The translations under genes and the position numbers were made by a program. Below are positions 50,746 through 61,151 of a stretch of 64,000 bases of DNA, one piece after another. Below the pieces are notes generated by a model, which was not told the origin of the DNA, made no database searches, and worked only from the letters and a program-made list of their open reading frames with translations. Numbering within the stretch: position 1 is the stretch's first letter; each line of letters begins with the position of its first letter. Source of the DNA: Longimicrobiales bacterium (GTDB lineage Bacteria; Gemmatimonadota; Gemmatimonadetes; Longimicrobiales; Gaopeijiaceae); NCBI GenBank assembly GCA_965202805.1, contig OZ241869.1, positions 2,240,001 to 2,304,000 of the forward strand. The letters run 5' to 3'.

Positions 50746-51474
50746 ATGAGCGGAGCCAACAAACCGGCCGGAAGAGCGTGCGTCGTCACGGGGAGCACGC
50801 GCGGCATCGGCCTGAAGATCGCGCGGGCTCTCGCGCGGGACGGGGCCGACGTCGCGGTGAGCTCCAGAAGCGCCGCGGACGTGCATCGCGTGGCGGCCGA
50901 GGTGGACGCACTGGGTCACGGGCGCACGACCGGGATCGCCTGCGACGTGCGCGATGCGGAGGCCTGCGGACGGTTGATCGATTCCGCGGCCGAGCGTTTC
51001 GGGCGGCTGGACGTCCTTGTGAACAACGCCGGCTGGGGCCGCTTCGCTCCCATCGACCAGCTCTCCCTCGACGACTGGCGCCTGCAGATCGACACCAACC
51101 TCGGGGGCGTGTTCTACTGCTCCCGGGCCGCCGTGCCCCATCTGGCGGCCGGCGGCGGCGGCTGGATCATCAACATCGGCTCGCTCGCCGGGCGGCACGC
51201 CTTCGCCGGCGGAACGGGGTACAATGCCAGCAAGTTCGGCCTGCTCGGCATGACCGAGGCCATGATGCTCGACCTGCGCCACCGCAACATCCGCGTAAGC
51301 CTCATCATGCCCGGGAGCGTCAACACCGGCTTCCGCGGCCAGTCCGCCACGCACGACTGGAAGCTGGACGGGAGCGATGTCGCCCGGGCGGTGACGGACC
51401 TGCTGGCCTATCCCGGGCGCGCCCTCCCCAGCCGGATCGAGCTTAGGCCCAGCCGTCCCGGGCGGAAGCAATGA
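50746..51474 (+). CDS. Classical SDR oxidoreductase
   Basis: VTGSTRGIG, LVNNAG, NIGSLAG, YNASKFG, MPGSV. Confidence 0.9.
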   Translation: MSGANKPAGRACVVTGSTRGIGLKIARALARDGADVAVSSRSAADVHRVAAEVDALGHGRTTGIACDVRDAEACGRLIDSAAERFGRLDVLVNNAGWGRFAPIDQLSLDDWRLQIDTNLGGVFYCSRAAVPHLAAGGGGWIINIGSLAGRHAFAGGTGYNASKFGLLGMTEAMMLDLRHRNIRVSLIMPGSVNTGFRGQSATHDWKLDGSDVARAVTDLLAYPGRALPSRIELRPSRPGRKQ

Positions 51475-51533
51475 CGGCGGGCGGCACGGGTGAGTCACAT
51501 GGCGAGTCAGATTGAATCGCGGGGAGCCGCCGC

Positions 51534-52505
51534 ATGAAGCGGGCTCTGGTGGTCGGGGCCGGCGGCCAGGTCGGCACCGAGCTGGTTGCGGCGCTCCGCG
51601 GCCTGTACGGGCAGGAGAACGTGCTCGCGACGGACCTGCGCCGGGAAGCCGCGGCGACGCTGGGCGGACCCTGTGCGCCCCTCGACTGCACGGACGGGGA
51701 AGCCGTGCTGGCGGCGATGCGCCGCTTCCGTCCGGACATCGTCTTCCACCTCGCCGCGCTGTTGTCGGTAACGGGCGAGGCGCGCCCGAGGCTGGCGTAC
51801 CGCGTCAACCTGGGCGGGCTGCTCAACGTCCTCGAGGCCGCGCGCGGGGAGGGCCCGGCCGTCTTCTTCGCGAGCACGATCGCCAGCTTCGGCCCCTCCA
51901 TCCCGCTCGATGTGGTACCGCAGGACGCGGCCCAGCGGCCCACCACCATGTACGGCATCACCAAGGCCGCGGGAGAGATGATCTGCGACTACTACCACCT
52001 GCGCTTCGACGTCGACACCCGCGGCCTGCGCTTTCCGGGGCTGATCTCCCACATGGCCGAACCCGGAGGCGGCACCACCGACTACGCCGTGGAGGCTCTT
52101 CGGGGCGCGGTGGCGCACGGCGCCTACACCTGCCCGCTGCGCGCGGACACGCAACTGGACATGATGTACATGCCGGACGCCATCCGGGCCGCGATCGAGC
52201 TGATGCAGGCCGACCCGTCGCGGCTGACGCACCGCAACGCCTGCAACGTCACCGCCATGCAGTTCACGCCACGAGCGCTCGCGAAGGAAATCAAGCGCCA
52301 CCTGCCGCACTTCCGCATGGACTGCCGTGTGGATCCTCTGCGGCAGTCCATCGCCGACTCCTGGCCCCGGCGCATCGACGACTCCGTCGCACGGGAGGAG
52401 TGGGGCTGGAGGGAGGAGTACGATCTCGCCGCCATGACCGCCGACATGATCGCCAACCTCCGGCGGCCGGAATCCGCGTCCGCCGCATTCCCAACCACCG
52501 TCTGA
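51534..52505 (+). CDS. tdh: L-threonine 3-dehydrogenase (SDR/epimerase type)
   Basis: GAGGQVGTEL, HLAALLS, PTTMYGITK, PGGGTTDYAV, MMYMPD, IADSWP; adjacent to kbl. Confidence 0.88.
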   Translation: MKRALVVGAGGQVGTELVAALRGLYGQENVLATDLRREAAATLGGPCAPLDCTDGEAVLAAMRRFRPDIVFHLAALLSVTGEARPRLAYRVNLGGLLNVLEAARGEGPAVFFASTIASFGPSIPLDVVPQDAAQRPTTMYGITKAAGEMICDYYHLRFDVDTRGLRFPGLISHMAEPGGGTTDYAVEALRGAVAHGAYTCPLRADTQLDMMYMPDAIRAAIELMQADPSRLTHRNACNVTAMQFTPRALAKEIKRHLPHFRMDCRVDPLRQSIADSWPRRIDDSVAREEWGWREEYDLAAMTADMIANLRRPESASAAFPTTV

Positions 52506-52530
52506 CCGCCCTGGACGCCCCGGAGACCCC

Positions 52531-53765
52531 ATGCCCGTCGACCGCCTGACCGACGTACTGGACGGCCACGTCCGCGAACTCGAACGGAAGGGCACCGCCA
52601 AGGGCGCGGAAGCCGTGGTCACGGCGGTGGAGATGCCGCGCGGGGAACGCGGTCCCCGGGTACGGCTCGAGGGCGAGGGCGAACGTCCCTTCATCCGCCT
52701 CAACTCCAACTCCTACCTGGGGATGGGCCTGCGGTCCGACGTCATCGCGGCGGAGGAAGCCGAGGCGCGGGCATCGGGGGCCGGTCCGGGGGCGGTGCGC
52801 TTCATCAGCGGAACCTACGCCGCGCACGTGAAACTGGAGCGCCGGCTGGCCCGCTTCCACGGGCGCCAGGAGGCCATGCTCTTCTCCTCGGCCTACGCCG
52901 CGGTGGTGGGTTGCCTGGTCCCGCTCATCGACCCGGAGACCGCGCTCATCTCCGACGAGCTGAACCACAACTCCATCATCAACGCGGTCCGGCTCGCACG
53001 TCCCCTGTCGAAGGTGGTGTACCCGCACCTCGACATGCGCGCGCTGGACCGGGCCCTCGCGCGGGCGGCCGGAAAGGCCCGCCGCGCCATCGTGGTCACC
53101 GACGGCATCTTCAGCATGCGCGGCGTGCACGCGCCCGTGGACGAGATCATGGAGATCGCCCGCGGCCACGACCGCAACTTCCCCGAGAACGTGGTGGTGG
53201 TGCTCGACGACTCCCACGGCGTGGGCGCCGTCGGCGCCACCGGGCGGGGCACGGAAGAGTACACAGGCTCCCCTCCGGTGGATGTCCTGGTGGCCACCCT
53301 GGGGAAGGCGCTCGGGGTCAACGGCGGCTACGTGGCCACCAACGCCTCGCTGGTGCGCTATCTGCGCGAGAGCGCCCCGTTCTACATCTACTCCAACCCG
53401 ATCACGCCCGGGGAGGCGAGGGCCGCGCTGAAGGCGCTCGAGATTCTCGACAGCGAGGAGGGACTGCGGTTGCTGGGGCGCCTGCGCGCGCTCACCCGGC
53501 GCTTCGAGGATGGCCTGGTGCGGCTCGGCATCGAGGTGCTGAAGGGGGAGCACCCCGTGGTTCCGCTGATGATCCGCGACACGGCGCGCACGCATGAACT
53601 CGTGCGCCATCTGCGCGACCATGGTATCCTGGCCACCGGTCTGGCCTTTCCGGTGGTGCCGCGCGGAGACGAGGAGATTCGCGCCCAGATCAACGCCGAC
53701 CACACCGGGGCCGACATCGACTACGTGCTGGAAGTGCTGGCGAATCGTCCGGGAGCGGGGGGTAG

Positions 53766-53769
<4 letters not shown>
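52531..53769 (+). CDS. kbl: 2-amino-3-ketobutyrate CoA ligase (glycine C-acetyltransferase)
   Basis: [51 protein letters not shown]. Confidence 0.88.
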
Positions 53770-55625
<1,856 letters not shown>

Positions 55626-55704
55626 GGGCTTTCGGCCGTGCACCGGCGCATCAATTGGACGATACGCCCGGCACGAGGAGTACCGAAGAGCGTGTGTCCG
55701 TAAA

Positions 55705-55736
55705 ACTACTTGTGGTTCTACAAGTAATATTGTAGT
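55705..55736. promoter_or_regulatory. AT-rich operator/promoter with two overlapping palindromes upstream of the sigma-54 activator
   Basis: TACTTGT-N6-ACAAGTA (55707-55726) and CTACAA-N6-TTGTAG (55718-55735). Confidence 0.6.
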
Positions 55737-55744
55737 CTGGGGAG

Positions 55745-57268
55745 ATGCCGAACCTCCTGATCAGTTGGGTGGGTCAAGCTGACCTGCGCGCACCACGCGA
55801 AAGCCCTTCCGCCGGTGTGGGACCCATCGCTCAAGCTCTCACTGCGCGCTCCTATGACGCGGCGGTGTTGATCGCGGACTACCCGAAGGAAGAGGTAGCT
55901 CCGTTCCTGGATTGGCTCCGGTCTCGGAGTGAGACGGTCGTTATCGTCTGTTACGAGCCGTTGCCGGGGGGACCAACCCACTTCGGCCAGATCCACGAGG
56001 CTGTGGTCCGCGTCGTATCCGAGGCTCTCGAGCACCACGGAGAGAACGCCGGGCTCAGCTTTCATCTAAGTCCCGGGACTCCGGCCATGGCGGCCGTCTG
56101 GATCATCCTGGCGAAGACGCGCTTTCCGGCGGAACTCATCGAGTCATCGCGTGAGCATGGCGTGCGGACAGCCTCCGTCCCCTTCGACATCTCCGCCGAG
56201 TTCATCCCGGACCTCTTACGAGAGCCCGACCGGCGTCTCCAGAGCCTGACCGCCGGACTTCCGCCAGAAGCCCCGGAATTCACCGACATCATGCATCGCA
56301 GCCAGGCCATGGCCCGCGTGATCGCCAAGGCGCGTCGGGTGGCACCGCGGTCGGTTCCGGTTCTGATCGAAGGTGAATCCGGTACGGGAAAGGAGCTGCT
56401 GGCGCGGGCCATCCACCGGGCGAGCCCCAGGCGGAGCAAACCGTTCAAGGCGGTCAACTGCGGCGCGATCCCGTCGGAACTGGTTGAATCCGAACTGTTC
56501 GGCCACGAGAAGGGCGCGTTCACGGGTGCCGACAAGGCGAGAATCGGCTACTTCGAAGCCTCTCATCACGGTACGCTGTTCCTTGATGAAGTCGGCGAGC
56601 TGCCGCTTCCCGCACAGGTCAAGCTTCTTCGGACGCTTCAGGACGGGAGCGTCCTGCGTGTCGGTTCAACGACGCCGCGCCGCGTTGATGTGCGAATCAT
56701 CGCGGCCACCAATCGGATCCTCGTCGACGAGATCGTCGCCGGACGATTCAGGGAAGATCTGTTCTACCGCCTGGCGGTGGCCGGACTCCAGCTTCCGCCC
56801 CTCAGGGAGAGACAGGGTGACCTGGGCCTTCTTCTGGATCGACTGCTTGAGCGTGTCAACGAGGAGCACGGGGAGCAACCCGGATACGAGCACAAGCAAT
56901 GTTCTGTTGGCGCAAGAAATGTTCTTCTCTCCCATCCCTGGCCGGGGAACGTGCGGGAGCTGCTGAATACGCTGCATCGGCTCGCGATCTGGACTCCGGG
57001 CGCGACGATCCGTCGTGAAGACGTGCGAGAGGCGTTGCTGCCGGTGATCGGCGACGGCGAGACACGCATCCTTGACCGACCGTTGGGCAACGGCCTGAAC
57101 CTCCGGGATTTGCTGGCGGACGTGGCCAGGCACTACCTGGCACGCGCACTCAATGAGACCCGGGGCAACAAGACGCGAGCGGCTCGCTTGTTGGGCCTTT
57201 CGAGCTACCAGACGTTGACCAACTGGCTCAAGAAGTACGAGGTGGACGGCGAGTGGCACGGGTCTTGA
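55745..57268 (+). CDS. Sigma-54 enhancer-binding protein with N-terminal RtcR/CARF-like domain and C-terminal Fis-type HTH
   Basis: LISWVG..DL and FHLSPGTPAM N-domain; GESGTGKE, ESELFGHEKGAFTGA, LFLDEVG, FREDLFYRL, WPGNVREL; GNKTRAARLLGL HTH. Confidence 0.92.
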   Translation: MPNLLISWVGQADLRAPRESPSAGVGPIAQALTARSYDAAVLIADYPKEEVAPFLDWLRSRSETVVIVCYEPLPGGPTHFGQIHEAVVRVVSEALEHHGENAGLSFHLSPGTPAMAAVWIILAKTRFPAELIESSREHGVRTASVPFDISAEFIPDLLREPDRRLQSLTAGLPPEAPEFTDIMHRSQAMARVIAKARRVAPRSVPVLIEGESGTGKELLARAIHRASPRRSKPFKAVNCGAIPSELVESELFGHEKGAFTGADKARIGYFEASHHGTLFLDEVGELPLPAQVKLLRTLQDGSVLRVGSTTPRRVDVRIIAATNRILVDEIVAGRFREDLFYRLAVAGLQLPPLRERQGDLGLLLDRLLERVNEEHGEQPGYEHKQCSVGARNVLLSHPWPGNVRELLNTLHRLAIWTPGATIRREDVREALLPVIGDGETRILDRPLGNGLNLRDLLADVARHYLARALNETRGNKTRAARLLGLSSYQTLTNWLKKYEVDGEWHGS

Positions 57269-57269
57269 A
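57254..57269 (+). promoter_or_regulatory. Putative sigma-54 (-24/-12) promoter for the downstream ATPase operon
   Basis: TGGCACG-GGTC-TTGAA versus consensus TGGCACG-N4-TTGC(A/T); overlaps the activator stop codon. Confidence 0.65.
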
Positions 57270-57326
57270 CATGGGGACCGCCGGAGCACACCATCGTCCA
57301 CCCACAACCGGGAGCCTTGACATCCA

Positions 57327-60300
57327 GTGAAGCGATCTGAACTCGAATCCCGGGTGTCCGCGCTGCGGGATGCACACGGGGGGCACCAAGGCGGTTCTGC
57401 CGATGATGCTTACGGACCGTTCGTTGTTCCCCTCGCGGCGGCAATCCTGCTCCGGTGGGCGGAACACGCCGTGTCTCTCTCCCCGCGCTGGCGCGACCTT
57501 CGGGGACAGGAGTTGACCCGTTTCGTGGTGCAGGCACTTGACGCCGACCTGAAGGCTGACTTGGACCAAGAGGCACTGGATTGGTGGCTATTGTACATCG
57601 TTTTCGCGACCCACTACCTACATGGATCCCTTGCCGATTTCATCATAGACTGGGCTGTGGATTTAGATCTGGAGTCAGGTCGCAGGCGTGATGCGGCGAA
57701 CAATCCACTGGAGGGACTAATCGTCGGCTCAGCCAGCCATCTTCAACCAGGCAGAATCCTCTCCCCGGCCACGCCCAAGCCCGTCGCAAGGCTCATGGTC
57801 GATCTGGCGAATCCCCGCCCTGGAGAGCGCATTTATGATCCATGTTTCGGCCGCGGCGATCTGCTAACGGCGGCAGCCGGCAGACTCGCCGAACAGACCA
57901 GTCTCGTGCCGGAGAGCCTGGGAGATTCCAAGCAATTCTCTATTGGAGCCGGAACAGATGGTCCAGCGGTCGTGGTTGGGCTTGCCCGCATGGTTCTCGC
58001 CGGCATCGACGATCTGGGCTTCCAGTCATACGACGTGTTGAATCAGGCATCCGAGAGTGCGCCGTCTCCCGAACAGTTCGACTGCATTCTCTCCGCTCCT
58101 CCAGCGGGACGGAGGACGTGGGCGGGCGCCGCGGTCGACATCGAGACACAGGCCCTCCGGCACATGATGGCTTCTCTGCGTGAGGGCGGTCGAGCGGTCG
58201 TCGCCCTTCCCGAAGGCCTGCTGTTCAGGCGCGGCTTGGACCGCAAGGTCCGCCGGAAGCTTCTGTCCGACTTTCGGGTGAAAGGCGTGGTGTCGCTGCC
58301 GGAGGGGGCGTTCCAACCGTTCTCGAAGATCAGGAGAAGCCTGGTTCTCTTTCGCCGGGAGAAGCCCGCCCGGACGGTTCGGTTCCTCCAAGTGGAAGAA
58401 TGGCCGTCCTTTCGGCCCAACGACGCGCTTGCCCGCGAGCAAGCTCTGGAGACGGCGCGCACCGTCGCCGAAACGTTCAGGAATGGATCGTCGGACGACG
58501 ACGCGTGGGAGACACCGATTGCGAAGCTTGCGGAGCGCGGATGGGAATTAGTCGCGAAGAGAACGGGCGAAGAGAGTCTCTGCTATTCGCTCTCCGCTCT
58601 CGCCAATGAGAACGAGGGGTTCGAGGCACGACCACTCGGCGAAGTGGCGGAGATCTTCCTCGGTGTGCCCAATTGGAGCGGCACAGCTACGTCGGACAAG
58701 AATGATCCTTCCGTCGTCGCCGGCATCGTGCGTGCGGCGGACGTCGGGAAGCGACGCATCCGGAATCCGTCACGCTTCGTCACCGGCTCCCATGCAGCAA
58801 GAGTCCTTCTTGAGCATCGGTTACGGGTGGGAGACGTTCTGCTGAGTGTTTCCGGCACGGTCGGCAAGACCGGAGTCGTTTTCGAATCGTCCGATCTCGT
58901 CGGTGCGTTGGCTGCCCGCGGATTAGCCGTCATACGCCCTGGGCCGCAGGTGTCGCCGCTCTTTCTGAGACGCCTGCTGGCGTCCGAGACCTATCAGAAC
59001 TGGCTCCACGGGCATGCCCGAGGCGTATCGATCCAGCACCTCTCGGTCCAGGCCATCAGGCGTCTCCCTGTGCCCGTGCCTCGTTTGTCGATCCAAGAGC
59101 GTCTCCTTCGGCATGTATCCACACGCGACAGTGATGTACTCTCCAGATTCCGCCACATTCTTGGCGATGGCAGCTATTCGATAGATGTTTGGCTGCACGG
59201 CTCCCAAGTGCGGGCGGTACGTTCAGCTACCGATGCAGCTGACCGCCTAACACTCTTGGAGAAGACCGCGGACTCCCTCCAGGCGCTGCGGAATCAGGTG
59301 GTGCACGTTGACGGAAACGCGGAGCCGGGCCTGAATCGGTGGCTTCTGGCGCTCGCGGACTCGATGAGGACGTTCCAAGGTCTTAGCCACGTTCCCACCG
59401 GACCGGAGCGTGTGGCGATCCTCGATCGCGCGCAAGCGCGCATCGAGCGCATTCTGGCGGATCTCGTCAAGTCGTCTTCGCCAAATGCAGGCCCGGCGAG
59501 GAAGGCCACCCGCAGCATCTCCCGAATCGTTCGTTTGGAACGCGAGTCCATGCTGGAAAACGTGGAGATGGAACCGTTTGTCAGGCGGAGTTCGGTCCCG
59601 GCCGGGAAAGAAGCCGAAGTCCAGGTCTCGCTCAACAACCGGTCCCGTCTTGCCCTCCGCAACGTGTCGGTCTCGACCCGTCCGAATATCGGGGCTTCGC
59701 GCGTACCCTACCTGGCTGGTGAAAGGAAACTGAGTTTCCCTGTGCAAATTCCGGCAAGCGCGCCGGTGGGCAACTATCGGTTCCAGGTCCAGTGGCGAGC
59801 CGACCGGCTCGATGGCCAGCGGGTGCTCGGCGATGCTCCGCTCGCGGTCAGGGTCAGCGTAGCTCGAGAGACGGCTCCTCCGGGCGACCTCGGAACCAGC
59901 CCCTATATTGTCGGAAGCCCGATCGACCGGGACGAAATGTTCTTCGGTCGCGAGGACATCATCAACAAGATCCGCCGACAGCTTTCCACCCGCCACCGGG
60001 CCAACGTCGTCCTGCTGGAGGGCAACCGGAGGACGGGTAAGACCTCCATTCTCGGACGGCTACAGGCACCCGACGTGCTGCCAGGCTGGATCACGGTTAA
60101 CTGCTCGCTACAGGGAGGCGAGGGTCACGAAAGCAAGCCTGGATTGTCTACCAACGAGGTGTTCCGGCTAATGGCTCGTCATATCGGGTTGGCCGCTCAC
60201 GCCGCGGGGGTCCGCGTATGGTTACCCGACATGGATCCGCCCGACTCAAGGAAGCGGTTCAAGATCGCCTTCACCAAGGCCGTGCGGCAGGCATTCTCGG

Positions 60301-61151
60301 GTTCCCGACCCTTCGAGACGTTCGAACTCTTCCTACAGACCGTGATCGACACTGCAAAGCCTCGACGCATCCTCCTGATGCTCGACGAGTTCGACAAGCT
60401 GCAGGAGGGCATCGACAACGGCGTCACGAGCCCCCAGGTTCCCGAGAACATCCGCTATCTGTTGCACACCTATCCCGGCATATCCGCTGTACTGACCGGT
60501 TCCCGCCGTCTGAAGCGCCTTCGCGAGGAATACTGGTCCGCGCTGTTCGGACTCGGGCATCGTGTTGCCGTAAGCGAGCTTCGAGGGCGAGATGCGCGCC
60601 TGCTCGTAACTCGACCAGTGGAAGGACGACTCTCCTACGTGCCGGAGGCGAGAGACCGCGTGGTCAGTCTGTGCGCCCGGCACCCGTTCCTGATCCAATC
60701 CCTGTGCAACCGCATCTTCGACCGCGCCGCCGAGTCGGGCAGACGAGTCGTGACGGTCGGTGACGCGAACCGGGCCGCCAAGGAGATGGTGAGAGACAAC
60801 GAGCACTTCCGTACATTGTGGGACTACGCCGAAACCGAGCGGAAGAGATTTATTCTCGCATGGTGCCAGAGACTCCGAAGAGGACCGGATCCCGTTACTC
60901 TGAGCTTGCTTGAAACGAAACTCGAGGAATCAGGCGTCATCGTACCTCGCGGTCACCGTCTGGGAGACGATCTGGAGTTTCTCCGCGAACTCGAGCTCGT
61001 CAGGCTCGATAACCGGACGAGCGAGTCCGCGTACATGCTGGCGGTGCCATTGATGGGGATGTGGATCAAAGGCAGTATCGACTTTGAGAACCAGCGCCGG
61101 CGGGCGGTCCGCGAAGGCGAGGAACTGGATGATGGCGGTGAGGAATCATGA
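57327..61151 (+). CDS. Fusion: HsdM-like N6-MTase fold (motif IV degenerate) + HsdS-like TRD + Ig-like domain + STAND-type P-loop ATPase with probable wHTH
   Basis: IYDPCFGRG (motif I), FDCILSAPPAG (motif IV position), GRAVVALPEGLLFR, VVSLPEGAF; TRD GDVLLSVSGTVGK...LPVPVP..SIQ; SPYIVGSP..FFGRE, Walker A GNRRTGKT, Walker B LLMLDEFD. Confidence 0.85.
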   Translation: MKRSELESRVSALRDAHGGHQGGSADDAYGPFVVPLAAAILLRWAEHAVSLSPRWRDLRGQELTRFVVQALDADLKADLDQEALDWWLLYIVFATHYLHGSLADFIIDWAVDLDLESGRRRDAANNPLEGLIVGSASHLQPGRILSPATPKPVARLMVDLANPRPGERIYDPCFGRGDLLTAAAGRLAEQTSLVPESLGDSKQFSIGAGTDGPAVVVGLARMVLAGIDDLGFQSYDVLNQASESAPSPEQFDCILSAPPAGRRTWAGAAVDIETQALRHMMASLREGGRAVVALPEGLLFRRGLDRKVRRKLLSDFRVKGVVSLPEGAFQPFSKIRRSLVLFRREKPARTVRFLQVEEWPSFRPNDALAREQALETARTVAETFRNGSSDDDAWETPIAKLAERGWELVAKRTGEESLCYSLSALANENEGFEARPLGEVAEIFLGVPNWSGTATSDKNDPSVVAGIVRAADVGKRRIRNPSRFVTGSHAARVLLEHRLRVGDVLLSVSGTVGKTGVVFESSDLVGALAARGLAVIRPGPQVSPLFLRRLLASETYQNWLHGHARGVSIQHLSVQAIRRLPVPVPRLSIQERLLRHVSTRDSDVLSRFRHILGDGSYSIDVWLHGSQVRAVRSATDAADRLTLLEKTADSLQALRNQVVHVDGNAEPGLNRWLLALADSMRTFQGLSHVPTGPERVAILDRAQARIERILADLVKSSSPNAGPARKATRSISRIVRLERESMLENVEMEPFVRRSSVPAGKEAEVQVSLNNRSRLALRNVSVSTRPNIGASRVPYLAGERKLSFPVQIPASAPVGNYRFQVQWRADRLDGQRVLGDAPLAVRVSVARETAPPGDLGTSPYIVGSPIDRDEMFFGREDIINKIRRQLSTRHRANVVLLEGNRRTGKTSILGRLQAPDVLPGWITVNCSLQGGEGHESKPGLSTNEVFRLMARHIGLAAHAAGVRVWLPDMDPPDSRKRFKIAFTKAVRQAFSGSRPFETFELFLQTVIDTAKPRRILLMLDEFDKLQEGIDNGVTSPQVPENIRYLLHTYPGISAVLTGSRRLKRLREEYWSALFGLGHRVAVSELRGRDARLLVTRPVEGRLSYVPEARDRVVSLCARHPFLIQSLCNRIFDRAAESGRRVVTVGDANRAAKEMVRDNEHFRTLWDYAETERKRFILAWCQRLRRGPDPVTLSLLETKLEESGVIVPRGHRLGDDLEFLRELELVRLDNRTSESAYMLAVPLMGMWIKGSIDFENQRRRAVREGEELDDGGEES

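Noticed and set aside
55626..55744. att site, tRNA or integrase at the island boundary
   Set aside because: No tRNA fold, no direct repeat partner and no recombinase gene is visible in the window.
57271..57330. 19-codon ORF overlapping the start of the fusion gene
   Set aside because: Its ATG lies upstream of the predicted sigma-54 start site, it has no clear RBS and it is too short to support.
57327..61151. Ordinary type I or type IIG restriction-modification enzyme
   Set aside because: Catalytic NPPF/Y is absent, no PD-(D/E)xK nuclease or HsdR helicase motifs were seen, and the C-terminus is a STAND-type ATPase.
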